Of a DNA stretch of 64,000 nucleotides, positions 9,403-20,089 are shown in pieces (positions within the stretch are counted from its first letter, which is position 1; each line of letters opens with the position of its first letter). Position numbers and translations under genes: made by a program. This DNA is from Bdellovibrionales bacterium (GTDB lineage Bacteria; Bdellovibrionota; Bdellovibrionia; Bdellovibrionales; UBA1609): contig OZ241877.1 of assembly GCA_965203095.1 (NCBI GenBank), positions 1,056,001 to 1,120,000 of the forward strand. Reading direction: 5' to 3'. Below the pieces are notes generated by a model. That model made no database searches and had not been told where the DNA came from. It saw only the letters and a program-made list of their open reading frames with translations.

Positions 9403-9600
9403 TTGAAAGTTTTAAGCTTTGATCTGTCCATTGATTTTAACATTTATTATGACAATAGTAGAGATAATCCTGTAAATCCCGATCCAAAAAGAACAGTGTC
9501 TTTCGGTCCCTTTACCAGTGAAAATGAAATGCATGACTGTTATTTCTCTTTTCTTGTTCCTTCTGATTCTCAAGATCACTTATTATGGATTATGAAATAG
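9403..9600 (+). pseudogene. C-terminal fragment of a copper type II ascorbate-dependent monooxygenase-like protein
   Basis: YDNSRDNPVNPDPKRTVSFGPFTSENEMH matches the YDNSxxNPxNPDP...EM C-terminal motif; the rest of the gene is absent. Confidence 0.6.
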
Positions 9601-9621
9601 TCCTCTGTAAAACCAGATTCT

Positions 9622-10131
9622 CTATCCTATAGAACGATTTTCTAAACGGGAAAAATACTGAACTTCAACTGTCAAATTCTTGCCTAAGGCTAAAGGATGG
9701 AAATATCCTTTGCCACTAAAAAATATTCTTTTTTTGTTGGGTTTTTGCCATTTTTCTGTTGTCAAAAAATGTTCTTGTTTATAGTTTTCCTCATTTTCCT
9801 TTAGAAAACGATCATGAATGGCTTTGTTTTTAAAAAGCAATGTCCAAAAATGATGCTCATTAAGAGTCCATCTTTTTTCACTAAGAATGGCCGAGTTCTT
9901 TTTATAGTGCTGGACCAACCGGTTTTCTCTTTCAAAATCATAAATACGAGACATCAAATCTTTATATTTTTTATTTTTATAAGGAAATTTTACCTTCATA
10001 TTGAAAGAACAAAACCCTGATTCAAAATCTCCCCCTTGAGCTATTGCTGGTGAAAGCCCTTTTAAAAGCCCGCTAAAAAATCCCAAAATAAGAAATCGCA
10101 ATAAAAAAAATCTTCTTGTTATGCTTTTCAT
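9622..10131 (-). CDS. Hypothetical protein with a twin-arginine-like signal peptide
   Basis: MKSITRRFFL...hydrophobic...AIA. Confidence 0.6.
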   Translation of the reverse strand: MKSITRRFFLLRFLILGFFSGLLKGLSPAIAQGGDFESGFCSFNMKVKFPYKNKKYKDLMSRIYDFERENRLVQHYKKNSAILSEKRWTLNEHHFWTLLFKNKAIHDRFLKENEENYKQEHFLTTEKWQKPNKKRIFFSGKGYFHPLALGKNLTVEVQYFSRLENRSIG

Positions 10132-10291
10132 AATTATCTTTTATGGTTTAAAATAAAACTTAAAAGCATCTTACACCAAAAACTTCCTTTATGAAAGAAA
10201 AAAATGCAAAATTTTGTAGTAGAAAGCTCTTTACTCATAAATTTTGCGATTATCTTTCCTGATTCAACTCTGCCCACAACGGGTTGAGGAT

Positions 10292-10897
10292 TTATTTCAG
10301 GCATGAAATTTCTTTATGGATTATTTTTGTCACAGTTTCAAAATAAAAAGCTTTCTCCATTTTTTTGACTCTTTTTTCTAACTCTAAGGCCGACTCTCCT
10401 TTTTTCACAGCTATTTTTTTTTGAGCTAAAACCCTGCCCTCATCATAATTTTTATTAACAATGTGAATGCTTACCCCAGTATAGCTTTTTTGTGCTTGAA
10501 TTACTGCTTGATGAACTTTTGAACCATACATCCCTGGCCCGGAAAATTCCGGCAGTAAAGAAGGGTGAGAGTTAATGATTTGATTGGGGAATTGACTAAG
10601 GACTAGGGGCCCAATTTTTTTTAGAAAGCCGGCTAAAAGGATGAGATGGGGTTTGTAAGACAGTAGAATTTGGCAAAGCTCTTGATCCCAAAGTTTAAAA
10701 TTTTTGTTTTTGCATTCCACTATATGGGCGGGCCGGTTAAATTTTTTAGCCACAGACAGAACTCCGGAGTGAGGATTTTCTGTGACAAGGGCTTGAATTT
10801 GAAAGTTCTTTTCCCCTTCTGAAATCGCTTTTTCACAAAAAAACTCTATGGTAGAGGCTTTTCCTGATCCTAAGGCCACAATAGGATGACAACTCAT
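10292..10897 (-). CDS. purN: Phosphoribosylglycinamide formyltransferase
   Basis: LLAGFLK, IINSHPSLLP, GMYG..VH, TGVSIH, YDEG. Confidence 0.88.
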   Translation of the reverse strand: MSCHPIVALGSGKASTIEFFCEKAISEGEKNFQIQALVTENPHSGVLSVAKKFNRPAHIVECKNKNFKLWDQELCQILLSYKPHLILLAGFLKKIGPLVLSQFPNQIINSHPSLLPEFSGPGMYGSKVHQAVIQAQKSYTGVSIHIVNKNYDEGRVLAQKKIAVKKGESALELEKRVKKMEKAFYFETVTKIIHKEISCLK

Positions 10898-10962
10898 AAA
10901 AAAAGACTATTTCACAATAGTAGCAAAAGTCCATCTCTAACCTAAGTCCCTTATGAAAACTC

Positions 10963-11010
10963 GTCTTTCCCTCTCAGCATACCCCTGTGAAAGCAGAGGG
11001 CAGGAATCCA
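10963..11010 (+). repeat. Degenerate/nested REP-like palindrome
   Basis: GTCTTTCCC...CCCCTGTGAAAGCAGAGGG...GGAATCCA, the same ends as the REP units at 36.1, 45.9 and 59.0 kb. Confidence 0.55.
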
Positions 11011-11068
11011 TACCAAAACAGCAAAAAAATATTTTTTAAGTTTTCTTGTCAATGAGCCGATAAAGGTA

Positions 11069-11752
11069 ATGATGAAATATTTTTTCAGCTTTTTTTTAGC
11101 TGTTCTTTTTTTAAGCTGTGACAAAAATGTCAGTGTGGGTGGAGGCTTGACAAAAATGCCAAATCGTATCCTCGTCACTACAACCCCTCCTGCCACAGTC
11201 CAACACATTGTTTATGGAAATCATTTTCAAGTTCAAAACAGCTCTGTATATCAAAGCCTGTTGGAAACCTGCCGGCGATGTGGAGCCAAGCGATTTCAGA
11301 CAGATGCTTTTGGAAGAACCACTTATCAGAGGATTTATGCCTTCCGGTCCAACCCCAAACGGTGCGAAAGCTGGCTGAAGAAGGGCTATCTACAAATCAC
11401 ATTTGCGGAAAACAAACTGCCGAGCCAAGCCTCCGTTTTGATTCAGCCCCAATACACTGTCGCCGGAAGCTCTACATTTTGGGGAGAGCCTTTTGAACTC
11501 AAGACTACAGCCCAGCCCATCAATCAAAATAAAGGCTTTCAAATTTTAATCAATCCCTCAGATGGATTGGGTGGGGCCCATGCTTTAAATGTCTATTCCG
11601 ACAGCTCTAACCATATCAATAACTCTGAATTGCATGTGACAGTCACTTTTGGAGCGGGAAGAGGGCAGTCCATTATCTCTAAACCACTGGCAAAACTGTC
11701 AAAAAAAGCTGTTCCAGTGGCCAATTATGATTGTAGCACTTACACAAACTGA
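11069..11752 (+). CDS. Lipoprotein of unknown function
   Basis: Lipobox FLAVLFLS-C. Confidence 0.75.
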   Translation: MMKYFFSFFLAVLFLSCDKNVSVGGGLTKMPNRILVTTTPPATVQHIVYGNHFQVQNSSVYQSLLETCRRCGAKRFQTDAFGRTTYQRIYAFRSNPKRCESWLKKGYLQITFAENKLPSQASVLIQPQYTVAGSSTFWGEPFELKTTAQPINQNKGFQILINPSDGLGGAHALNVYSDSSNHINNSELHVTVTFGAGRGQSIISKPLAKLSKKAVPVANYDCSTYTN

Positions 11753-11764
11753 CTTTTTTGGCTT

Positions 11765-11791
11765 AAAAAGCCCCCCAATGTGGCTTTTTTT
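11765..11791 (+). terminator. Intrinsic terminator
   Basis: AAAAAGCC-loop-GGCTTTTT followed by further T, right after the stop codon. Confidence 0.55.
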
Positions 11792-11972
11792 AAAAAAATC
11801 CCTTGATTTCCTGATAAAATTGTCAAAAATAGGGCTTTGAATTGGTTTTGTTTGAATTTTCACGAGCTTTCATTCTCAAAAGGCTGAAAAGTCTTGAATG
11901 AGCCTTGGGGGAATAAACCGGGATTTTTTAAACAAAACCAGAAAATAACATTAACAAAAAGAGGAGTCATAA

Positions 11973-12245
11973 ATGAACAAATCAGAAATTGTAAGTGCCA
12001 TTGCGGCTAAAACCAATTTATCCAAAGCCAAAGTGGATGAAGTGGTCTCTTGTTTTTTTGAAACAGTCAAAACCGCTGTGAAAAGAAAAAAAAGTGTAAA
12101 GCTTATTGGTTTTGGCACTTTTTCATCCAGTGAGAGGAAAGCAAGAACAGGGCGTAATCCTCAGACAGGGGATAAAATACAAATCCCTTTCTGTCATTAT
12201 CCAAGATTTAAGCCCGGCAAAGAATTTAAAGATTATTTGAATTGA
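11973..12245 (+). CDS. hup: DNA-binding protein HU
   Basis: MNKSEIV, LIGFGTF, RTGRNPQTG, PRFKPGK; RBS GAGGAG. Confidence 0.95.
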   Translation: MNKSEIVSAIAAKTNLSKAKVDEVVSCFFETVKTAVKRKKSVKLIGFGTFSSSERKARTGRNPQTGDKIQIPFCHYPRFKPGKEFKDYLN

Positions 12246-12322
12246 TAAGCCCTTAGGTTTTCTAAAACTTCAGTTTTAAATTTCTTTCTTGCCTGCTAAA
12301 AAACAAGACGGGAAGACGACTA

Positions 12323-12832
12323 ATGACAAAAAGCTTTTGGCTAAGCTTGGCTATAGTGGGCTTGACTGGTTTTTTGCCTGCCTGCTCATCCATTAAGAAA
12401 AAAGCTTTAAGCTTTTACTTGGGCCGTTTTCAGGATCAAAAGGCTGAGGAGATCCATTTTATTCCTCCTTCTGCTCCTTATAAAAAACAAAGCCATCCCG
12501 TTTTGGATGGCTTTTATTGGAATGCTTTAACTAAAAGCTCTATTTCGTATTTTTCTAACTGCTCCAAAGTCCAAAAAACTTTGGAGGAATTTCAAAAAGA
12601 TTCGTTCCCCCAAACAACCCCTTATAAGCTTCTCAAACAACTGAAGGACAAAAATGGCTTATATTCTATTTTGCAAATATCTAATTCTTCACAAGCTGTT
12701 TATAGTGGGGTTTGGACTATTCGCCAAAAAAAATGCCTGTTTAACATTAACTTAGTGGCTGGTTCTCTTATTTCTTTTGAAAAGGAGGAGCCGGTGTTTA
12801 AAAAATTTGTCAAAAGCTTTCGATCTCAATGA
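12323..12832 (+). CDS. Lipoprotein co-transcribed with the Mla/MCE transporter
   Basis: Lipobox FLPA-C; overlaps the mlaE start (ATGA). Confidence 0.7.
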   Translation: MTKSFWLSLAIVGLTGFLPACSSIKKKALSFYLGRFQDQKAEEIHFIPPSAPYKKQSHPVLDGFYWNALTKSSISYFSNCSKVQKTLEEFQKDSFPQTTPYKLLKQLKDKNGLYSILQISNSSQAVYSGVWTIRQKKCLFNINLVAGSLISFEKEEPVFKKFVKSFRSQ

Positions 12833-13608
12833 AACAGTCTCTTCAAGTTTTAAACCCTGCATGGCTTTTTGTTAAAAGTTTTTTGGCTTTATCTGGTTTG
12901 GTTTTTGCTCATTTTTGGAAACGGCCTTTTTACTATCGCCTCATCATTAAAAACATGTATGATTTTGGATACCGCTCCCTTTTTATCATTATTTCTTTTG
13001 GCATCACTATTGGTATTGTGCTCACTTTGCATATTGGGCTTTCTTTGGAAAAATACGGTGCTAAACTCTATGTCCCTAAGATCATAATTCTCTCTCTTTT
13101 TTCAGAGGTGGGAACTGTATTAGTGATTTTTGTTTTAGCGGGAAAGATTGGAGCAGGCATTACTTCTGAAATTGCCTCCATGAAAGTGACTGAACAGTTG
13201 GACGCTCTTAGAGCTTTAGCCGTTTCCCCCATTAAGAGGGTGATAGCCCCTAAGGTGATTGCTTGCCTTATTATCATACCTATTCTCTCCATCATTTTAA
13301 ACGGTATTGCTTTTTTAACCAGTGCCTATGTGGGAAAAGTAGAGCTACTCTTAGATCCTATCAATTTTTTAGCCAGAGGATTATACACGCCGACTTTAGC
13401 TTTTTTTCTTTTTGGAGTTTTTAAAACCATTGTATTTGCTTTTTTTATTGCTATCACATCTTGTCATTATGGCCTAAACATTACAAAAGGTTCTTACGAA
13501 GTGGGTCGGGCCACAATGAGGGCGGTTGTGGTCTCTTTTATTCTCATTATTTTTGGAGATCTTTTACTAACTAAATTTTATTATAGTTTTTTACATTTAT
13601 CTGGGTGA
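12829..13608 (+). CDS. mlaE: MlaE family ABC permease
   Basis: AGKIGAGITSEIASMKVTEQLDALRAL, VGRATMRAVV. Confidence 0.92.
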   Translation: MKQSLQVLNPAWLFVKSFLALSGLVFAHFWKRPFYYRLIIKNMYDFGYRSLFIIISFGITIGIVLTLHIGLSLEKYGAKLYVPKIIILSLFSEVGTVLVIFVLAGKIGAGITSEIASMKVTEQLDALRALAVSPIKRVIAPKVIACLIIIPILSIILNGIAFLTSAYVGKVELLLDPINFLARGLYTPTLAFFLFGVFKTIVFAFFIAITSCHYGLNITKGSYEVGRATMRAVVVSFILIIFGDLLLTKFYYSFLHLSG

Positions 13609-13614
13609 AATAAA

Positions 13615-14355
13615 ATGAGCAAAGCCCTAATTGAATTTAAAAATTTTCATGTCGCTTATGGTGACAAAATGATTTTAAAGGATTTGAATTTCACTGTTCG
13701 TGAAAAAGAATGTTTTACTATTTTAGGAGAGTCGGGAGCGGGTAAAACCACACTCCTTCGCACTATCATTGGTTTAAAGAAACCTACTAAAGGGGAGGTG
13801 ATAGTGGAAGGGCAAAATATTGTGGAAATGAATGAAGACGAGCTGGCCCCTGTTAGAAAAAAGGTAGCCTATGCTTTTCAAAATGGGGCTTTGTTTGACT
13901 CAATGACTGTTTTTGAAAATCTGGCTTTTCCCCTTTTAGAACATAAAAAAATCCAAAAAAAAGCCCTTAAACAAAGAGTTCAAGCGGAACTAAAGGAGTT
14001 TGAATTGGCGGGAACACAAGATCTTTATCCCTCTGAACTTTCCGGAGGTATGAAAAAAAGAGTTGGCATTGCCCGTTGTATGATGTTAAAACCTAAAGTG
14101 ATACTTTACGATGAACCCACAGTGAGTTTAGACCCTTATAATACAGCTAACTTAGTTAAAACTATGATTAAATTAAAAAAAAAGGGCACGACTTCTGTTT
14201 TAGTGACTCACAATATGTCTGTAGCTCTTAAAATTTCCGATCGAATAGCCCTCCTATCAGACGGGAAAATTTCAGCTATTGGAACACCCAAAGCTATTGA
14301 AAAAGATTACAATGTTTTATTAAAAAACTTTATAGAAGGAGTTAAAGGAGGATAA
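13615..14355 (+). CDS. mlaF: MlaF family ABC ATPase
   Basis: GESGAGKT, FQNGALFDSMTV, LSGGMKKRVGIAR, YDEPT. Confidence 0.92.
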   Translation: MSKALIEFKNFHVAYGDKMILKDLNFTVREKECFTILGESGAGKTTLLRTIIGLKKPTKGEVIVEGQNIVEMNEDELAPVRKKVAYAFQNGALFDSMTVFENLAFPLLEHKKIQKKALKQRVQAELKEFELAGTQDLYPSELSGGMKKRVGIARCMMLKPKVILYDEPTVSLDPYNTANLVKTMIKLKKKGTTSVLVTHNMSVALKISDRIALLSDGKISAIGTPKAIEKDYNVLLKNFIEGVKGG

Positions 14356-14360
14356 GTAAT

Positions 14361-15095
14361 ATGAAAAACTTTTTATTAAAAGAGCTTATTGTCTGGCTGA
14401 TCATTTTGACCGGTTTAATTGTTTTTTCTGTTTTTGCTTATATTATTGCTGTAAATAAAGGCCGGCTTTTAACCAGCCTTGTATCTTATAAAACCCATTT
14501 ATCAGAATCCACGGGTATTTATGTCGGCACAAAAGTCACTATTCAGGGGGCTAACACGGGGAATGTGATTAAAACCACTCTTCTTCCTAATGGAAATGTA
14601 GAAATTCGCTTTAGTGTCCGGAAAAGTCATGCTTTTGGAATCACATCAGCCAGCAGGGTTCAAATAAAAAACTCAGGAGCTTTAGGGGATCGTTTTATTA
14701 ATATTGCCACAAAGGACATTTCTGCTCCCGTTTTAGAAAAAGGCTCTCTGATACCTTATGAGTCGGCCAGCACTCTTTTGTCTGTTTTAACAGAAGGCGG
14801 AGGTGAGGTTAAAAAATCCCTTCAAAGTGTTATATCGCAAATTGATGAATTGCTTGGCAACCTCAACGAAAAAGGAGCCAGTGGGCTTTTGTCTGAAAGC
14901 CAACAGGAAGATATTTCTCAAATATTAAAAAGTGCAAAAAGTATTTTAGAAAAAGCAGATTCTGGGAAAGGGACACTGGGAGCCTTAATCAATGATCGTT
15001 CTCTATATAACCGTCTCCTCATTCTTTTAGGGAAACAGCCTAAGAGCAATTACTTGCAGGAGCTGTCCCATAAATCAGGGCAACCATCAAAATAA
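14361..15095 (+). CDS. mlaD: MlaD/MCE domain protein
   Basis: N-terminal TM, GTKVTIQG, GALGDRFINI, GKGTLGALIND. Confidence 0.85.
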   Translation: MKNFLLKELIVWLIILTGLIVFSVFAYIIAVNKGRLLTSLVSYKTHLSESTGIYVGTKVTIQGANTGNVIKTTLLPNGNVEIRFSVRKSHAFGITSASRVQIKNSGALGDRFINIATKDISAPVLEKGSLIPYESASTLLSVLTEGGGEVKKSLQSVISQIDELLGNLNEKGASGLLSESQQEDISQILKSAKSILEKADSGKGTLGALINDRSLYNRLLILLGKQPKSNYLQELSHKSGQPSK

Positions 15096-15124
15096 CACTT
15101 TTTGTTATAGGCTTTTTGAAATAT

Positions 15125-16327
15125 TCATCTCATTCCATTTTTAGTCCAAATATTTACCCACACAGCGAAGGCTCTGGATGGAAGTCTATACGAACCTTTC
15201 TGATTAGGATGATCTATAATAATTTGTCGCTCCTTTAATGCTCTTAAGGCATTGTTGATAGTGCTGGTTTTTATTTGTGAATTTTTTACTATATCCGATC
15301 GAGTCACCCATACATCAGATTGCCGGGCCATGTATTGCAAGACTTTTCTATAATCATTGGAATCTATTTTATCATAAAACATATTATTAAAAAGCTTCTC
15401 CCCTAATTGCTTTAAAGCTCCTTCGTTTTCATCATAGATTCCTTTCCTGACATCCTTTTCATCAATAATATCATCTTGATCCACTTCAAAAGAACTATAA
15501 CAGAACTGTTGCAAAAAATAAGGGTATCCTTCTGCCAGCTCAACTATTAAATCTTTTGCTAATTTTTTAATAATTATTTGTCTTTTATTTTTCGCATTGG
15601 CCTCTTTCATCCCTAAATCTATGACAGTTTTACTGTCTTCTAATGTTAAAGGCTGAAGATTCAAAATGTGAAAAATTCTTAATGAAGACTCATGGCTTTG
15701 TCTTAATCTATTTATAGTTTCCGGAAGACCAGATATTCCAAAACAAACATTATTGCTCTCTATTGTAGCCAACCTCTCAGTCAACAGCTTGAAAAAAGCT
15801 CCTAAATCAGCCTTTCCTTTAGGTTTATCCACATCATCAATCAAAACACATATACCGTCTATTTCCTTTCTTTGGCCAATTTTTTTAAAAAGATTAGCTA
15901 TATGTGGAATGAGCATGTGATTTGGTGTTTTTCTTTCTCTTATTGAGATATATGAAGATTGAATGTTTGCAATTAAGTCTTTTACATGGCTAAAAACTTC
16001 TCTTTTGTTTATTTCTATTTCTGTTTCAGAAATTAATTTGCCAATTATGTTTAAAAAGCTGTCATGTCTCGGTTCTAAATCAACTTTAATAATTGCAAAC
16101 TTATACTTTTCACTATGATCTTTATTTAAAGCACCGTCGGCCAAAGCTCTGGCATATAGCATTAATGACGATTTGCCTATCCCTCGCTCCCCTTGTATTA
16201 AAAAATTTTGTGAGTTCCCATACTTCGCTTGAAACAAACTTTTTTCTATAATTTCTATTTCTTTCTTTCTTCCAGAAAACATGCCAGGATGAATAATACT
16301 GCCCGGTTTAAATGGATTGTATTTCAT
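15125..16327 (-). CDS. AAA_16/STAND-related P-loop ATPase with C-terminal winged HTH
   Basis: NPFKPG...FSGRKKE, GERGIGKSS (Walker A), LIDDVD (Walker B), GYPYFLQ, C-terminal wHTH; RBS AGGAGG. Confidence 0.8.
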   Translation of the reverse strand: MKYNPFKPGSIIHPGMFSGRKKEIEIIEKSLFQAKYGNSQNFLIQGERGIGKSSLMLYARALADGALNKDHSEKYKFAIIKVDLEPRHDSFLNIIGKLISETEIEINKREVFSHVKDLIANIQSSYISIRERKTPNHMLIPHIANLFKKIGQRKEIDGICVLIDDVDKPKGKADLGAFFKLLTERLATIESNNVCFGISGLPETINRLRQSHESSLRIFHILNLQPLTLEDSKTVIDLGMKEANAKNKRQIIIKKLAKDLIVELAEGYPYFLQQFCYSSFEVDQDDIIDEKDVRKGIYDENEGALKQLGEKLFNNMFYDKIDSNDYRKVLQYMARQSDVWVTRSDIVKNSQIKTSTINNALRALKERQIIIDHPNQKGSYRLPSRAFAVWVNIWTKNGMR

Positions 16328-16350
16328 TGTTTATTTTCCTCCTAAATTGA

Positions 16351-16670
16351 TAATAACAGCTAATAATCGGTAATAATAGCTAATAATCGGTAATAACAGC
16401 TAATAATCGGTAATAATAGCTAATAATCGGTAATAATAGCTAATAATCGGTAATAATAGCTAATAATCGGTAATAATAGCTAATAATCGGTAATAATAGC
16501 TAATAATCGGTAATAATAGCTAATAATCGGTAATAATAGCTAATAATCGGTAATAATAGCTAATAATCGGTAATAATAGCTAATAATCGGTAATAATAGC
16601 TAATAATCGGTAATAATAGCTAATAATCGGTAATAATAGCTAATAATCGGTAATAATAGCTAATAATCGG
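16351..16670. repeat. Tandem array of 16 x 20 bp (TAATAATAGCTAATAATCGG) flanked by TAAATTGAT direct repeats
   Basis: Counted directly; units 1 and 3 read TAATAACAGC; TAAATTGAT at 16343-16351 and 16671-16679. Confidence 0.97.
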
Positions 16671-16678
16671 TAAATTGA

Positions 16679-16830
16679 TCAAGCCTTTTGAGAGATGGAG
16701 TAAATAAGCACATCAAAGCTCATCCCATCTCGTTTATAAGATTGTTTTATCATTTTCTTTTTTTTCATGCCAATTTTTTCAAACATTCTTTGGCTAATAA
16801 TTTTGTTCATGGCACTTAAACTTTGTAGCA
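16679..16830 (-). pseudogene. C-terminal fragment of a RimJ/RimL-type GNAT acetyltransferase
   Basis: NKIISQRMFEKIGM...DVLIYSI matches the NxxSxRxxEKxG motif; N-terminal part absent. Confidence 0.55.
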
Positions 16831-16839
16831 TTCTTGGGC

Positions 16840-17696
16840 TTAATCGATATGGGAAAGCCATTTTTTTCCTGCTTGAACATAATCTGGATTGATCTCTATC
16901 CCTAAAAAATCAATGCCTAAACTTTTGGCCATAGCACATTCTGAACCCGAGCCCGCAAAAGGAATGAGTGCCATCCCCCCGCTCCCATTGATTTTAGATT
17001 TTAAAAGCCGGGCCGAAAGCTCTAAGGGCTTTTGTGTGGGATGTCTTAAAGGGCTCCTTTCCACCAAACCTTTCCCACCAGCAAGGGCTGAGATTTTTAA
17101 AACATCTCTTGGCAAAGCCCCGTTTTTATGGCCATTATAAATAGTCTCTTTTTGGCCAAATCGGCTGGGAGTCCCCTTTCTCTTTTTACCAATGCACTTT
17201 TGATAAGCCGAAGTATAAGGTTCTCTGATTTGATCTATTTCCAACTGAGGTCTTTTCCCACTCCAAAAGCATAGGTTCATGACACTTTCATGGCTGGTTT
17301 GCCAAAATTTAAGAGAGGGAACAGTTTTGTTAGTGTAATGCCAGACTAACCATTTTTGATTTTTCAAAGGGAATTGGACAGATATATGAGACAGTATTTC
17401 CGGAAAGCCATAAACATAGAGCAAAGCTCCATTTTTTAGACGGGAGAGGCAAAGTTTTATCCAACAAACAGACCAATCCACATAATCCTTTAAATCCCGG
17501 CGATCTTTGTTATTCCCAAAATCTTTCCCTATATTATAAGGGGGATCGGCAATAATCACATCAAAGTTCAGCTGAGAGGGGAGTTTTTAATTACTTCTAC
17601 GCAGTCTCCTAATACAATATTGTTTAATACAGGATTGGGATTTTTGAAAGTTTTTTGGGGAGTGGTTTTTTCTTGTTTTGCTACGCAAAAAGCCAT
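16840..17696 (-). pseudogene. Site-specific DNA methyltransferase (N6A/N4C, beta class) with a 1-nt frameshift
   Basis: RBS GGAGG + ATG 17696 give NNIVLGDCVEVIK then a stop; one extra A in the A5 run (17584-17588) joins it to FDVIIADPPY...HPTQKP...PFAGSG. Confidence 0.8.
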
Positions 17697-17793
17697 GTTT
17701 TCCTCCCTTAAGTAGAAATATAAACTGGGGGAGGCTGAGCCTCAAGCTTTAACGGCTTTTGTCAATTCCGAATCGGCTTTAGTCGGGCTGGCT

Positions 17794-17828
17794 AAAAAAA
17801 GCCCAAACTTAAGAAAGCTTGGGCTTTT
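17794..17828 (-). terminator. Intrinsic terminator of groESL
   Basis: AAAAGCCCAA/TTGGGCTTTT stem with a U-run on the minus strand, just after the groEL stop. Confidence 0.75.
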
Positions 17829-17850
17829 CAGGTTAAACAAAAGAAGTTTT

Positions 17851-19503
17851 TTACATCATAGGCATTCCGCCACCCATGCCTCCGCCGGGCATTCCGCCAC
17901 CAGCTGGCATTGGAGGATCCTCTTTTTTCGGCTCATCAGCAACCATAGCCTCAGTGGTAAGCATTAAAGAGGCTACAGAACTGGCATATTCCAAAGCACA
18001 ACGAACCACTTTTTTAGGGTCAATCACCCCCGCTTGGAAGAGGTCTTCGTATTTACCAGTCCAGGCATTAAAACCAAAATTCATTGTGTCTTTTGATTGG
18101 AGGGTGCGATCCAAAACAATCGCTCCGTCCACTCCCGCATTAACGGCAATCTGACGGATCGGGATCTCACAAGCTTTTTTAACAATGTTCACCCCAAACC
18201 GCTCCTCTTCACTCACTTTAAGAGAATCTAAAGTTTGTGCGGCCCTTAAAAGTGCCACTCCGCCTCCGGGAACAACCCCTTCCTCCACAGCCGCTCGTGT
18301 AGAGTTAAGAGCGTCTTCCACACGGGCTTTCTTCTCTTTCATTTCCACTTCAGAGGGAGCACCCACATGAATTACAGCCACCCCACCGGAAAGTTTAGCC
18401 AATCGCTCTTGGAGCTTTTCTTTATCGTAATCGGAGGTGGATTCCTCAATTTGTGCCCGAATTTGCTGAACTCTGGCAGAAATAGCCGTTTTGTCCCCAG
18501 CCCCGTCAACAATTGTAGTGTTGTCTTTGTCAATCACTACCCGTTTGGCTCGGCCTAAAACTTTAAGGCTCGCGTCTTCTAATTTATCGCCACGCTCTTC
18601 ACTCACTAATTGGCCTTTAGTTAAAATGGCAATGTCTTCTAACATAGCCTTCCGGCGATCGCCAAAGCCGGGAGCTTTAACTGCCGCCACCTGCAAAGTG
18701 CCTCTGAGTTTATTGACAACCAAAGTGGCTAAAGCCTCCCCTTCCACATCTTCTGCAATAATCAAAAAGGGTTTTCCTGCCTGAACCACACTTTCCAACA
18801 GTTTCACAATGTTTTTCATGGAGCTGACTTTTTTGTCATGAATCAAAATGTAGCAGTCTTCTAAAACGGTCTCCATCCTCTCTGCATTTGTCACAAAATA
18901 AGGGGATAGATAACCTCTATCAAACTGCATGCCTTCCACAACATCTAACTCTGTCATGGAGGTTTTGCTCTCCTCAATGGTGATAACACCCTCTTTCCCC
19001 ACTTTGTCCATAGCTTCGGCAATGATCTCGCCAATCTCTTTATCATTATTGGCAGAAATTGTGCCCACTTGAGTGATCTCCTTTTTCCCTTTCACGGGTT
19101 GAGAAAAGGTCTTTAACTCTGAGATCACCTTTTCTACCGCTTTATCAATCCCTCTTTTAATTTGAGTGGGGTTGTGATGGGCACTAATGTATTTTAGCCC
19201 CTCATTGTAAAGGGCTTGAGCCAAAATAGTAGCAGAAGTTGTGCCGTCCCCAGCTTCATCGTTGGTTTTGCTGGCCACTTCCTTAACCATTTGAGCACCC
19301 ATGTTTTCAAATTTGTTTTTCAACTCAATCTCTTTAGCCACAGTCACCCCGTCTTTTGTGATGACTGGCGAACCAAAAGATTTTTCAATCGCCACATTCC
19401 GACCCTTAGGCCCAAGAGTGGTTTTTACAGCATCAGCCAGAATGTTAACTCCTCTGGCAATGGAGTTTCTGGCTTCTGAGCTAAAACGCAATTCTTTGCT
19501 CAT
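17851..19503 (-). CDS. groL: Chaperonin GroEL
   Basis: [32 protein letters not shown] tail. Confidence 0.99.
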   Translation of the reverse strand: MSKELRFSSEARNSIARGVNILADAVKTTLGPKGRNVAIEKSFGSPVITKDGVTVAKEIELKNKFENMGAQMVKEVASKTNDEAGDGTTSATILAQALYNEGLKYISAHHNPTQIKRGIDKAVEKVISELKTFSQPVKGKKEITQVGTISANNDKEIGEIIAEAMDKVGKEGVITIEESKTSMTELDVVEGMQFDRGYLSPYFVTNAERMETVLEDCYILIHDKKVSSMKNIVKLLESVVQAGKPFLIIAEDVEGEALATLVVNKLRGTLQVAAVKAPGFGDRRKAMLEDIAILTKGQLVSEERGDKLEDASLKVLGRAKRVVIDKDNTTIVDGAGDKTAISARVQQIRAQIEESTSDYDKEKLQERLAKLSGGVAVIHVGAPSEVEMKEKKARVEDALNSTRAAVEEGVVPGGGVALLRAAQTLDSLKVSEEERFGVNIVKKACEIPIRQIAVNAGVDGAIVLDRTLQSKDTMNFGFNAWTGKYEDLFQAGVIDPKKVVRCALEYASSVASLMLTTEAMVADEPKKEDPPMPAGGGMPGGGMGGGMPMM

Positions 19504-19563
19504 CCTTACCTCCTTATTATATGTAAGTTAATGGCGACCCTAAAAAGCCACCTGATGAATTTT

Positions 19564-19854
19564 TTAGTTTAAAACTCCGTAAATATCCTCTTCCCTCATC
19601 ATCAGATATTCATCTCCGTCTAACTGAAACTCGGTTCCCGCATATTTACCAAAAAGGACTTTATCCCCTTTTTTAACATCTAAAGGTAGAACTTTGCCTT
19701 CGTCGTTTACGCGACCTTTCCCGATAGCCACAACTTCCCCTTTAAGAGGCTTTTCCTTAGCGGTGTCAGGGATAATGATCCCACCAGTGGTTTTGTTCTC
19801 CTGCTGGAGTCTTTTAACTATAATCCTGTCTTGTAATGGTCTTACTGACATCAT
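19564..19854 (-). CDS. groS: Co-chaperonin GroES
   Basis: [31 protein letters not shown]. Confidence 0.99.
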   Translation of the reverse strand: MMSVRPLQDRIIVKRLQQENKTTGGIIIPDTAKEKPLKGEVVAIGKGRVNDEGKVLPLDVKKGDKVLFGKYAGTEFQLDGDEYLMMREEDIYGVLN

Positions 19855-20089
19855 TTTCTTCCTCCTTATTTATTTGTAGAGTAAAATAAGCGGATTTTAC
19901 AAAAAGAAGTCAAGCTTTTTAATGATTTTAATAAAAATTTTTTGGATTTTCGCCAAAAAAGCTCATAAAAAGGGGCTTTTTATAAACTTTTTGAGACATT
20001 TTTAAAGTCAGGGAATGCCTTTTTCTTGCTTTTTTCAAAAAAACAGCTTAAAAATCAGGAGATTTTAAATAAGAAAGGGTTCAATTATT

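Noticed and set aside
16351..16670. CRISPR array or repeat-encoded peptide
   Set aside because: No spacers, no cas genes; the 20-bp period puts stop codons in every frame
17876..19879. Plus-strand ORFs opposite groEL/groES, and similar shadow ORFs across the window
   Set aside because: Antisense or out-of-frame shadows of well-supported genes
19855..20089. CIRCE element upstream of groES
   Set aside because: No TTAGCACTC-N9-GAGTGCTAA found; only a short GTAAAAT/ATTTTAC inverted repeat
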